Source: Chrysomallon squamiferum (taxonomy: Eukaryota; Animalia; Mollusca). Taken from it: a stretch of 64,000 nt of DNA. The notes under the pieces were generated by a model. It was not told where the DNA came from. It made no database searches and saw only the letters and a program-made list of their open reading frames with translations. Below, piece after piece: positions 15,106 through 28,513 of the stretch. The DNA lies in the NCBI GenBank assembly GCA_012295275.1, contig CM022665.1:47678001-47742000 (forward strand). Direction: 5' to 3'. Within the stretch, counting starts at the first letter, position 1; each line of letters begins with the position of its first letter. The translations under genes were made by a program, and so were the position numbers.

Positions 15106-16986
15106 CCTACAGATGGATGGATGTTCCAATATCAGATTTGTTTGTTATATGTCACATGATCTGTAAAAATATCTATTGGTTTGCCGGGAATGACATACAT
15201 ATTGAAAGGTCATGTGTCAAAAAAAAAAAAAATTAAAAATTCTACACCAAGATTCTTAAGAATCTTGTCTATTTTTTTTTAAAGTATTGATCTTTCTAAG
15301 TCCAAACAGATTTGTTTAAGACCTTGAAGATAATGAAAGAAGAAGGTATTTGACTAAAATCCCCAAACAGAAATTAAAAAATTTTTCAAAAAATTATCTC
15401 TAATTTGGCACTCATTCATAAAAGTGTTGTCTGCAATATATTATTTGTTACATTTAAAAACTATAGGAGTGATAGCAGTGTGCTCTTAAAGGTTTTGATC
15501 TGAATCTTATAAAAACTCAGCTGATCATCAAATAAAAGTTTATTTTCCCAAGGAGGAATGATTTACAAAGGATGATGGGATAAAGAGGATCTTGGGTAAC
15601 ACTAACATTAAATTAAGTACAATCCTGAATGTGTTGGTTTGTCGACAGTGTATCAGATCTTAGTGTGTGAAATTAAAACATTCGTTAGGGTTAGAATTTC
15701 AAACATCAATAAAATATTCAATTTGTTTGAAATATTTAAAGATAATTTCTGTCATTTGTTCGATTCTCATAATTATAGATACAAAATGAGTGCAACATAT
15801 TCCACAGTCAGGTCCAGTTCTTCACCTATAATAAGGTCGTAGGCAAATCATGATAGAATATTAAAAACAGATTGTAGCTCTAACTGTAATTTTCTTCCAT
15901 AACAACCAGTGTTCCTGACTGGACAAATTTAAAATTATTATGCTCCAAGTGGCAACTGAACTAATTATCTCTACTTTCTGTAGACTTGCTGTATAAAAAG
16001 TTTCTGTTTATAATTGATAAAAACAGAGAGACTCTCGAAACATTCATATTTTTTTCAGAATTATTTTCTGGTATTTTCTAGTTACAAGGTAAAGAACTAT
16101 AACTCTAGATAACAATCTGTTTATAGAATGAACCAGTTTGGTATTATAATTTAAAATAACACTAATATTTAGAAATTTAAAATAATAATAATAATAATGA
16201 TAATAATAATATTAATAATAAATATCTTGGGGAGAAATCCAAAAATTTATAGGCTAGCATGCATTTTTGAAGTTATTTTTTAAAAGATATATATTTAAAA
16301 AAAAAATAAATAATAATATCCTCTAACAAAGTTGTTGCTATTAACTGTTGTACAAAATGGTGAAGTATTTAATGTTGTAGGTTAATGATAGAAATTAATG
16401 AATTAAAATGAGTTTATTGTAATTATTGTTTCAAAAATAAAGTTTAAAAGAAAAAATAAGTTGTTTTGTTTGTCTCTTTGATTATAAAAATGTGTTAATT
16501 AATGATGATGATGATAACAATAACAAGTTAATATTGGTATTTTTAAAAAGACTTCAGCCTCCCTCTTTGTTTTTTCTTTCTTTTAAACATTTGTTTAAAA
16601 TAAAAATAAAAACCTTTTGAGTTACTTCATTTCTGCTGCCTGTTAGAAAAACCGAAGTAATCCTCTGACAACTGCCAGTCAAAAATCTCAGAAAAGAAAC
16701 TAAATTATTTTCTTGAGATGTAACGGCCTTAGAAATTTAATGTTTCAATCTGATAATATTTCTCATCAAAATAAATGAATATAAATAAGTAAATAAAAAT
16801 TACTTGGAGGACATATTTCTCATCAATATAAACAAAAAATAAATTTAATAAATACAAATTTATTTGTTAAATGTCAATTTAAAATGCATTAAAATAATTA
16901 TTTTTTTATGAATATATATTTAAAACAAGTGGTAATAATTGTATAATTTTATTAAAATTTTAGCATATTCGTTTGTGGTTTAAGGA

Positions 16987-17035
<49 letters not shown>

Positions 17036-17239
17036 ACTTTTAATTTGTATTCCAACAGTATTTTATTTATTTTAAACAAGAAACGAATGATGGGTAAATT
17101 TTATTTAGAAAAAAATGTCTCCTAAAGGCAATAATGTGACAAGGTTTCATGGAAACTGATCCCACTTCCGTTTAAGACATTTTCTGATGTTAACCTGCCT
17201 TTTCTGAAATGACAATAATCTTTAGTGTAGTTTAAGAAT

Positions 17240-17400
17240 TTATTTGAAACCGCTTGTATTACTGATAGAAAATAAAAACTAATGATAATCATGAATTACG
17301 AATTATTTCCCTTCTTAGGTGGCGCTGAAGAGCACCTGTTTATTATTTGTTTCATTGGCTGATGGGGAAATCTTTCAAAACGCGTGCCGCCAAGTTTGTA
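17240..17400 (+). promoter_or_regulatory. Cell-cycle-type proximal promoter of the sororin-like gene (CCAAT, CHR, E2F/CDE-like)
   Basis: TTTGAA 17243-17248, ATTGG 17354-17358, TTCAAA 17374-17379 and GCCGCCAA 17386-17393, all within 190 bp of the ATG. Confidence 0.5.
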
Positions 17401-17430
17401 AATTATTGTTTAGCATTTTATTATTAAAAT

Positions 17431-20400
17431 ATGGGTCCTAAAAAGACGAAAAAACGTATCAAAAACGTGCCGAAACCTTCAGGTAAGAAGAAAAGTAATA
17501 AATAACCATAACAAATAGGATGAAAATCAAATTCATGGAAACTGTTTCCAATTTTTGGATTGAGCCATGTTGTTTTTACGTAACCTTCATTGAATCATTA
17601 CTCCTGCAAATAGTTATCTCTAAAGGATAAAAATAGTACATAATAGAGATTTTAAGTTTGTTTTATAGTAGAGATTGTAGTTTCGTTATCAATGAAACTT
17701 TGAAAGGATTAATTGTTAATCAGTTATTTAATGTGATGCCTTAGGTTTTTCCATAAAGAATAATAATTAAAAATAATAAAAACAAATACGCAGTATACTG
17801 AAATAGTGATTAATTTCACTAACAAAAAATATGGTTTCATTTTAAACTCACTGCTGAATAGTTAATTACGTTTTCGTTTAAAACATGACAACTAACTAGT
17901 AACTTTTAAAACAGTAATAATAACCCAACTCGTATATCAAACAAATGATTTAACTTAATTTCTACACTAATACTATTTCATAGTCACGACAGTGTAAAAC
18001 TAAAAAAAAAAAACGATGACAGATAATCGAGATGTTTCATAAATTACAGCAAACACGCTAGTACTACTACGTTTGATATTTTTGTATCAGTAGTAAATGA
18101 CTGAATGTTTATTATCATACTTCATAAATGATTAATGATTCATAATATTTCTTAGTAAAAAAAACAATCAAATTAATATAAATTATTACTGACCAGGTAG
18201 CTCCAGTGAATCGGAAAGCAGCAGAATACGTATTGCACGTAGACGTTCTGAACGTCTTGCTGCAAATGTAAGTAATATTATAATTTTACATACTTAGTTA
18301 CAAATTGTTTATTAGTTTATACAGTGCAAATTTCAGTTCTTCGATTCTACTTGCACATTCGAATAATCTGATGAACCATACTTCATATACATGCAAGTGT
18401 GATTCTTTAAAATTAAACTTTGTTTCTGTCTTTGCTTATAAGTAATAAAATATAAAGTACAACAGTATTTGTAATACATGTTGTATCTTCAAAGTGTCAT
18501 CTCTTAAAAGTGAAATGTATGTTATAAAGATATATTTTTCAATGATTTTGTTGTAATAATTATTACTATTTATCTATTATTAATAATTTAAAAGTCACCA
18601 TCATCATTTTCAGTCCATGACAGGCTTGAATCATTAATAATTTTACATTTTCTTTTATTATTATTTGTGGTATGCATGTTCTGTGATAACTAGAATAAGA
18701 AAGAAATAGGTATATAGTATTGGTCCAAAAAATAATAACAATTGTTAAATTTTTCTTCTCAGAAATTGTCAACAGCAGAGAATCCTGTGGTATGTACATT
18801 TAACTGTTTTAAAACAAAATATTGTACAAGCTTTATATTTTAATTTCAATAAGAATAAAATAAATAGTATTAAAACAAATATTTTACAAAAACACTGAAC
18901 AAAATTTCACAAAACATCACAATTAAATTATATATTTTTAAAATTATTTTACTAATATTAATTTTGAGTATACATGATTTTGCTTAATTTTATCTATTTG
19001 TTGAAAATATATCTACTTTAATGTTGAAATATTTTTGAAATGATAGATTTTCTTATGTCTTTGTACATATCTGCACATTGTTTTGATAAAAAGTTTAACA
19101 TCACTTTGATTACGTCTTTTCAGTTCGACCCCTATGATGGTGATATAGAAACTACTGAAGAGAATGCATCTGAACACTCGGACAGAAACCTGAAATTGCT
19201 AGCCAGGGATGCATACCACTTCAGAGACGATGACACAGACACTAAACAAAAGACTTTGACTATGGGTCAGAGAAGAAGCAAAGATAGAAAAGTCCCGAGC
19301 AAAACGGAAAACGGAAAGAAGAAAATGTCACCAGATGCAGCTCAAGCCACGTTAACCAAAAGTGTAGATCAAAAAGATTTAACTTCTCAGCCCTCATCGT
19401 CGACTAAATCCGGCAGTTTTCTGACCACCATTCTGAAAAGAAAATTTAGCAACAAATCTACTGAGGGGAGCTCTAAGAAGGTAATTTGTGACAACCAAAC
19501 GAAAGTCCCTCCCGTTTTAAACAAACAAAAGACAGTTAAGAAATCTCCTCCTACAAACAACATTTTTAAAAGATCGGTCCCGTCCAGTTGCAAAAACACA
19601 GGCACGCCCTACAATTTAAGAAAAAAAAACGATACATCATCAAACAAAAAAACAATACTCCCGGGTGTAAACAAAGAAATAAGAATTTCAGACGCAAACA
19701 ACAAAACCCCTGTCTCGTCGCATTCCAAAAACACACTGAAACCACGCACAGCTGGCAATACTTCCATCAAAACAAAGTCCTCACTTAAAGCGAATTGTGT
19801 TAAAACGTACAAGCGCAAGACGTCTGCTACCGCTAGTGTTCTGTCTGCAGCTAATAGTTCCGTAGAATCTCAGAATTTTGACAGTGGGGTTTTTATTTCT
19901 CCACCTCCAGTGAAAATGTGCAAACTGTCTGCAAAAGATACCTCGACTCCGAGCAATTTGGCTGCGGATGTGAAGGATTCGTGTTTTGGTTTCACAAATT
20001 TGGACTTGGTTGGTTCTCCAATGTTGTCACCAGTGCAGACGTCGGCATCGACGCCGACCTCTGACTACAGTTCTGCTGTTTTCTCTCTGTCTCAGATATC
20101 CGTTCAGGACGATGTGGCTGACGTGAAGCGAGTTCAGGAATGTTCGGTGTTTTCGGGGGATGATTTAGAACCTGGTGAGTATCTTTGTCATCATAAAAAA
20201 AAAAAAAAAAAATTTAAAAAACTTTCAGAATGTCTGTTGGACATTTTACATACTCCAACTTTCTTTTTTTTTTCAAGAAAACTTAGGAAATTGGATTCTC
20301 TATTGCAAAGCTTTTAAAACAGACTAACTTCATTCCCAAGTCAATATTTATTTTACCATAGTTATGTCTTTAAAAGTAATATGCAGTTTTTATGCAAAAT

Positions 20401-21129
20401 ATTATGTAAAGCAGTTTAATCTTTAAGCATTAACTAGTATATTTTCATCCTTGAAAACAAAGATAACATTTTTTTAAAACTAGTGTTTATATATATATGT
20501 GTTTTTTGTATATTAAATGAATATATACATGTATATGTGCATGTATGTGATCTAATCCTGTGAATAGACATGACTTTTTCAGTTTCACTAACAGTATTGT
20601 TTTTTTTTTTTTTCCCAGATATAGCTGTCAATAAAGATTCGAAAAAACGTTACAAGGCTTCAAAACAGAAACGGGCAAAAGGCAGATACTCTGTAAGTTT
20701 CATAAACATGTTAACTGTAGAACAAGAAAACTAATTTTAGTTTACCACTGTCTAGAGATATTTACAGGTGATACAATTGCTGTTCACAAGAAGGAGCACA
20801 TGGGCTGTTTCTTGCTGCTAAAGCCAAGAGTAGCCCATGGGAGTAATTTTCTTCTGTAATTATATCATTATTTTTTTGTTTTTTCTCAAGTACCCATCAA
20901 TATTAAACTTGATAAATACTGTGTGTTTATATAATGATAAGAATTATGTAATAGATCTGATATGGCAAATAGGTATGAAATAATAATAATAATAATCAAA
21001 AACGTTTTTTTATATTGATCATTTATTGGTGATTTTTGATTTCAGATTGCTAAGGTGGAGGCTTGGGCAGAGAAAATCAATCAGGAGTTTGATGAAGTGG
21101 ATAATTTTGAGCTCAGCATAGAGGGTTGA
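17431..21129 (+). CDS. CDCA5: Sororin (CDCA5)-like cohesin regulator, 6 coding exons, about 452 aa
   Basis: Exons 17431-17482, 18197-18267, 18763-18789, 19124-20174, 20619-20692, 21046-21129 splice in frame. The basic, S/T/P-rich disordered protein has RRSERL near the N-terminus, TSTP...SCFGF (FGF motif), a basic patch and the sororin C-terminal domain KVEAWAEKINQEFDEVDNFELSIEG. The 27-nt exon 3 is the least certain. Confidence 0.85.
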
Positions 21130-21669
21130 TCACAGCTGACCGTCTTCGCATTTCCTCCACGACTTGAATCTTTGTGACGCAATGGTGTTGAAAACACTTG
21201 TCCACGTTACGCAATGCCGAACACATCAGTTCATTCTGGTTCAATCTTTGACTGGTGGAAAGAGTGCAGGATACATCTAAATGTAGTCTGTATAACTGAC
21301 AACATAAAAAACACTGATCAAGTTTTAATTATCCTTGCCTGCAGATTGTTTTTCTTTTTTTTTTTCTTTTTTCTTCTTTTTCCTTTTGTGTTAGGAAAGT
21401 TTAATCCATAAAATATGGCCTACGTTTAAAATGTACATAACACACAATACTGCTCATTCGTATCTGTATGATGATCGGTTATTTATTTGTTTACAAAAAT
21501 GGGCAGTACAAATTTAAATTAATCTGCTTCTTTGTTACATATGTTCCTGTCAGATTTGTTTACAAAATAGATCATGAACAGAATAATCATTTAATTTTAA
21601 GATAAATATGTATTTTTATTTTTTTTTTTTTTTTATTTTTATTTGGGTTCACACACACACACACACATG

Positions 21670-21671
<2 letters not shown>

Positions 21672-21707
<36 letters not shown>

Positions 21708-21741
21708 GAGACATACATATAGACATATACATATTCATATT

Positions 21742-21804
<63 letters not shown>

Positions 21805-22152
21805 ATTCATACATATATAACAGTTACTTTTAGTTATATAGATAGATAAACTGTAAATTGATCTAATGGGTAGCAAACACTAAAATTAGATACAGGGTGT
21901 CTCAGTGAAAGATTTTGGTCTCCCAGCATACAGTAGTCAAAACAGACTAAAACAGACAGACAGACAGACAGACATAGAGACAGACATATAGACATATACA
22001 TATTCATATTCATACATATATAACAGTTACTTTTAGTTATATAGATAGATAAACTGTAAATTGATCTAATGGGTAGCAAACACTAAAATTAGATACAGGG
22101 TGTCTCGGTGAAAGATTTTGGTCTCCCAGCATACAGTAGTCAAAACAGACTA
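21672..22152. repeat. Near-identical tandem duplication of about 200-280 bp bounded by (GACA)n
   Basis: The block ...ACATATATAACAGTTACTTTTAG...CAGTAGTCAAAACAGACTA occurs twice (ending about 21948 and about 22152); the unique parts differ by one A/G substitution. Confidence 0.9.
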
Positions 22153-25100
22153 GTTTTAAAGTCACTTTTCAGTAGTATTTTTCTCTGTACATAAAGATGT
22201 ACATAGCAAAATGACTTGCATATCAAAATGTTTTCTATCAGTTAAGTACTAGTGGTTTAGGTTGCATGAAACTATCATTTCATGTAGTGCAATATTTTCT
22301 CAGTATTGTTTCCAGCTTTGTGTTCATGTGCTTGTATGTAAACTTACACTGGCAGAAGAAAGTTTTTTTTTCTCATTACATTAATAACTAAATATAATTT
22401 TATTTTAATAATTCTGAATGTTCTGTACCAAATTTTGTATGTAAAAATATTAGAAATATATTCGTGTTTAATTTTAAAGCTTATTTCTTTTTATAACTGG
22501 TTCACTTTCAAATATCAAAAGAAAAATTTAATCATTTAAATATGTAGATAAAATATATTTAAAAGAAATCTTTTCAAAAGAAAAATTGATTTAATAACTA
22601 TTTCAGGTTTTTTTTAATAAAAAGGGTTCGTTAGTTATTCCGTTTCTGTTGTTATCATGCAAATGTTAACAAACAACATTTTAATTTTACCAAAGAAGAC
22701 AATTATAAACAGTTTGTATCTCGCACAAAACAACCATACATTGATCTCTCGAAGTCTTCTTTATACAGTTTCATGAATCTGTCACCACCAATCCATGATT
22801 GCACAGTTTTTCCAGTTTGTATTTTCACTCCGTAAAAGATAAACCAGTATGAATACTTGTTAAAAATGATGTCACATTTCTTTTGATGTGAACTATCCAT
22901 TCATCTGTCCTACTGACACAGGAATAACACTGGTTGTGTTAGTTTGGTACATTCTGACCATCTTTTCATAAGCATTGCCAGTCTGGTATTATCATCAACC
23001 CAAGTATTACCATTGTAACAACACTGGATAAATAAATTTAAAAAAGAACAATTAATTTATTAACCATTTCTTTCAAGAAAGGTGTTTGTCAGTTATTCTG
23101 TTTCTTTTGTTAGGATACCAAGAAATTAGAAAATCATGATTTGGTGAAATTTGTTTTTTTTAACCATTTTCAACACGAAATATTTTCTTTTAATGTATAC
23201 AAACTTTTTGTTTAAGTTAAATTTGTTACTGATGGTTGATGTTTTATTGTTTTACATTTGTTGACATTTGTCCAGTCCAGTATTTTGAGGAAAAGCCTGT
23301 TTGTAATTAGCAAATATGAATGATGATAAATATTTTGTTTTAGTACGTGACAATGGTTTTCTTATCTTGAGCAGATCTTCTCTGTGTTAATCAGTCTACA
23401 ACTTTATTATCATTAAACCTGTTTCATAATGTGGAATAATAAACTTGACAAATGAACCTTCAAAAAATTAATGCTTAAAAAATACATTGAAAGGTTTTGG
23501 AATTAAAATTGCTTAATTTTTTATATAAAAAATAAAATGAAAAAAAATGGGAAAAAAAAAAAAAATTATTCACAATGCCTGTTGTAGACATTTTCTCAAA
23601 CAAGCTAAGAATATATAAATATTAAGTGTCTGAGAGACACAGGATTCAGTCATTAATTATTTTCAAAATTGGCTTTTAATAATGAATTTTTAATTATGTT
23701 CTTTCTTTTTTTTCTGATGAATATGAAGTATACTGTGTTCTGTTTGAAATACAGTTTGTTCAAAAGCACTCTGAATTTTTATTTTTTATTTTTATTGTTG
23801 TAAAATGACATTTCTTTTAAAGATAAATTCATATTTCATCTTTAATCCTTCATCTTCCAAAACACTGCAACAGTTTATACAGTGCATTGATCATATGCAT
23901 TATAATTTTACATCCTAACATAATAAGAAAACAGCTGGCAGAAATCTGTTAATGATTAGGAAGAATTCTTGTAAATTGTATGTTTGTTCCATACTGAAAA
24001 TTAATCAGAATTGTGTTATTTAAAAGTTTTTCTACAGTAAATTAAGTCAGATTTATGTATGAAAATAAAGTTCTGAATCATTTTCGTTGCCAAGACAACA
24101 GATTGTAAAATTTGTTAATTTTATGCAGGAATTTAGTGTATTTTAAAATTTTCTTCAAATCATTATCAAGACAACAGGATAAAAAAAAAAAGTATTAAAA
24201 ATGTGCAGGAATTTAGTGCATTCTAAATATTTCGAGTTTCTTTAGTTGATTAGGTGAAATTTATGTATGAAAATAAACAGTTCTAAACCATTTTCATTAC
24301 AAATTATCAAGACAATAGGCTGAATAGCATATAAATATTGGTAATTATATTGGAAAGTATGTGCATTCAAATTATTTTATATTTAAGAAAGAAAATAAAC
24401 AACATTTCTATATATAGAGAGAGAGAGAGAGAGAGAGTATGCAAAACACAACTAAAGTTCTGTATGAAGTAATTTATTCAAATATTTCTAAACGAAACAG
24501 TAATTAACATTTTAAGATGAACATTTGACTGAACCTATTTACATATGTTAAAATGATTAAAATTTTCAGACAAGGTGTTTTATCTTAATAAACAGCTCAT
24601 GTCCATGACAATTATATTTCATTAAAAAATTATGCAAGACTAACAATTGAACAAATTTCTGGTGAATTTCAGAAATGTAGATATTCTTAATTTAATAAAT
24701 ACAGTAAAGTTAGAAACTTAAGTTAACAAAAAAAAAAAAAATGCATATTAATTAACAGGTATTTAAAAAAAATTTTTTTTTAATTGAGGAGGTCTGGACA
24801 TTGAGATATCTAGCCTCCAGTTCATTAAAAGAGAACATGTAACTAAAAATGAAATGAATTATTTATAAAACTGAAACTATTACAATGGTACATGGTAACT
24901 TTGGCATCTTAAAATGTTTTATTTCCTACATTCTCTGTGCACATCAATTCATCACATTATTCCAATACACTGAACTTTAATGTTTGCTGACAGCAAAGAG
25001 CTGTTACAGAATAATTTGATTCTACATATTAAAAGAGAGAAATATAAATAAAATAAAAATTCGTAACATTCCCCAAAGTTTTCAATTCATTATTAACATT

Positions 25101-25853
25101 CCTGAAGTAATGCAGATAATCTCTAAAGTGAAAAATTTTGATAATGTGAAAATTAAAGCCAATTTTTATCATTAAGTATTACTGCTACTGAAAAAGTTAA
25201 CAAACTTATACTAAAATAATATTTCATTTTATCTTTAATTTTAAATGTAATTCATTCAGGTCCAAAATCTAATCCCCATCTTTAAAATTATCAGATATTC
25301 TGAGATGGAAAAATTAAGTTCTGACTGAATGCCAATTAAAGAACGAAATACAAGTATGCTGATATTATGCAATGAAAAAAAAGAACATAACTAGATTTTT
25401 TTTTTTTTTTTTTGATAATTCATCCTATTTTTTTATTCAGAATTAGAAAAGAAACAAAAAAAAAAAAAAAGAAAACAATTTAACATTTTCAATTACTAAA
25501 CAAAATTACAACTATGAAATAAATGTAAAAAATTACCATGTCCAAATTAAAATAACTAAACACATTTCTAATCAACCACTCAAAAATTAAAGTTAATTTG
25601 TCAAAATAATTTTTTTTAGAAATATTTCAGACTTCCTACATACACAAACCAAACCACATAAGGCTTGCGTTTCATTCACAAAATGTCTGATGTTGCACAT
25701 CAGGATTTTGTTTGTAAAAAAAAAAAACAATCCACAACCACACAAGTCTGAAAAGACAGGCTGGAATTTCCAAAGCTTTGTTGATATTTTGGGTTTTGTT
25801 CGGTTGTTATTCTTTTGTTGTTGTTTTTGTTGTTTTTCTGATTGACGGTCTGC

Positions 25854-26765
25854 TCATGATTTGCCAGCCTGTTTACGTAGCATGTTGTAGATCTTCTCTT
25901 TAATCCAGTCTTTGTTGTGAGGAACATACGCTCCTATCTGTTTGGAAAATCTATAAAAAAAAAAAAAAAAAAAAATAACAAACTATTTACTAAGACTTTT
26001 ACATCTGATAATCTTTAAAAAAACCCAAACAAAATAGGGATAGTAAAAACAAAAGGAAAGAAGAAACAATTTTCATCTTTCTCATCATGCTGAAGAATTC
26101 TGAATTTAAAACGTATTTTAGTGAAAATAAATGTAAGTTTTATTATAAACAGATAAACTGAAAAAAATGACCATGTAAAAATTCCTGACACTTGATCATT
26201 AACTATAATTGTTCAAAGTGAAAAGTTGTATTTATGTGTCTGATAAAACCATTAACCAGAGATGATGACAAATTTAATAAAAGCATCTAGCAATGACATA
26301 CAGGCACTAACTAAATGAGAAAATAAAATATACAAAAATAAATACATTTAACATCACACATTGAAACCAAACAATTAAAACCTAGGTAAAAGTAAACGAG
26401 GATCACTGATAAGAATGAACAGATTTGAAGATGGAAATGGACCTGGACAGGAGACATCAGTAGAATACAGAAGAACTGACACACACTGCATGTCATCACT
26501 TGGAAACCACATGAAGAGAAATGATCTGGATGAAGACCAGTGAGATGATGGAGGAATGAATTAGATGAGGACAGTGCAAGATAGGAAGATGGGGGGGAAC
26601 AAGATGCTGAGGCTTCTGTCAAACAATGGGACCCTAAAGGTGCATAATGATGATGATGATGATGATGAATACTAGAAAGGAAACAAGGAAGATAAGATGT
26701 GGAAACAACATACTGAGGCAATCACCAAACAAAGGGGCATTAAAACTGCATAATGACAATGGTGA

Positions 26766-26804
<39 letters not shown>

Positions 26805-28194
26805 ATGATGATGATGATGATTATAATGATTATGAGATGAGATGAATACTGGAAAGGAACTATTTGGAAGACTAAAGTGCAAGACTGGAATATATGAAAA
26901 TAACATTCTGAAGATTTCATCAAACAATGAGACACTGCAGCCAGAGCATGACAATGACGATGGTGTTGGTGATGAGTATCTTTCTTTAAACTAGTTTAGT
27001 ACAGTTGCTGTGACTTACACAAGGCAGCTGAGGTCTGCCAGCTGGTCGACGAAGTCAAACAGTTGGCTAATATCATATGTTATTGACGACATGTTTGGAT
27101 TCATTCTCTTCAGATGCTCCTCGAAGATCTTGCAGATTCCTGAAAAACACAGATAAATGTCACAGATCTTCTACAATGACAGTTCAGTTAATCCTGCTTG
27201 CCTCCTGTTAGTGGCAAACTCATACACTGACAAAAATAAACAAGTCTCAAAACTGAATTTATAACATGTATTGCACTTCTACATGTACTGATGAAAATTA
27301 GATAAAAATAAGTGATAGTCTAATAAGATCAAAAACATTTTTAGCTTTTAGCTATCAAGATAATTTTGTAATTACTATAAAAAAAAAAAAAAAGAACTAT
27401 ATAAGAGAGTATACTGTTTACATAATATATGCTAAAAATATAATTAAAAAGGATATTTAGTTCACTCAAACCTTTTATGTTAATAGAAATGATGTTAACA
27501 AAATATAATGTCCAGTGATAGAATTATATATATTCAGATGATTTCAGAATAACAGTGGTATTTCTGATGTTGGAAGAATAATGCATTTTGAAAATATTCA
27601 AAATAATAAACTCCATTCTATACTCTGGAAATGTTTTGTAATACTATTAGCATTATGATTACTACAATACTAGTATTAGTCATAGGCACTTTTGAACTTT
27701 ATGTAATATTAATTATTATAATAAACTAACAAGTAAAAGGTTAATGTTACCTTCTAGGCATTCGTTGATTGTTTCATAGTCACTGTATGTCCGTGTATCT
27801 GGTCTCAGGTGAGGTTGAACCAATAAAATAGTATGAGACTAAAATAAAATAAAAATAATAAAAATTAAGTTTGATATTAAAATGCGTACCGCTAAACAGA
27901 AAAATTAAACACTCTTGCACTTTAGTCAGTTTGTGAATTCTGTTTCTAAATAGTTCTTACATCCACGACAACAGTGAAAAGTTATTGATTACTAAAATAC
28001 AGCTTGGTTAACGTATGCACCATGCCGGTACTCGTAGTCAAGTTCGATTGAGTTTGATAAATTTCTCGTTTATGTTTTATTCCTGCAAATTGTAATGAAG
28101 AATTAAATAACCATGCAATAATTTCGAAAAAGCCGATATGTTTGCATTTAATACATGTTTGTTATAAAAGTTCCGATTATAAAAACATTACCAT
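25854..28194 (-). CDS. ERH: Enhancer of rudimentary homolog, 4 coding exons, 102 aa
   Basis: Minus-strand exons 28192-28194 (ATG only), 27751-27838, 27019-27139, 25854-25950 give [102 protein letters not shown]. Confidence 0.97.
26350..26975 (+). mobile_element. Decayed 3' end of a non-LTR retrotransposon (RTE-like) with (TGA)n tails, in ERH intron 3
   Basis: The plus frame reads [43 protein letters not shown], matching the WxWAGHxxR..W.P..KRxxGRPxxRWxDEL C-terminus of RTE-type ORFs. It is followed by a QDRxxW..AEAF-like end and a trinucleotide tail. Confidence 0.75.
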
Positions 28195-28513
28195 TCTGCT
28201 GACTTTTCTTAGTTAATACCTATTTACTACAAAATGCAATACTACCACTGCTTTATGAAACCGGAAGTCAGCTTTTATCGTTAATTCTCGTGTGTTAAAT
28301 TTAATTACAGTTTAATAAATTAATAAGATAGCGTTGCTGTTATGTGTTTCAAAATCCAAAATACATTATCAAATATTAAAATAAATGAATAATAATAATT
28401 ATTATTAATATAATTTAAAAAACACACAATTAAATTGGGTGCCGCCTACCGTCAAAAGTTGGAACTAAAAATGTTTCGTACGTGGTTGGTTTGATAGAAG
28501 ATTATTTTAAAAG
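28195..28513. promoter_or_regulatory. Bidirectional promoter region of ERH and SLC39A9 with an ETS/GABP site
   Basis: Only 319 bp separate the divergent start codons; perfect CCGGAAGT at 28261-28268; local CpG retention. Confidence 0.75.

Noticed and set aside
26420-26570. In-frame TGA codons suggesting selenocysteine or an alternative genetic code
   Set aside because: They fall at Arg/Trp positions of a dead retroelement, explained by CpG decay; host genes use TGA as a stop.
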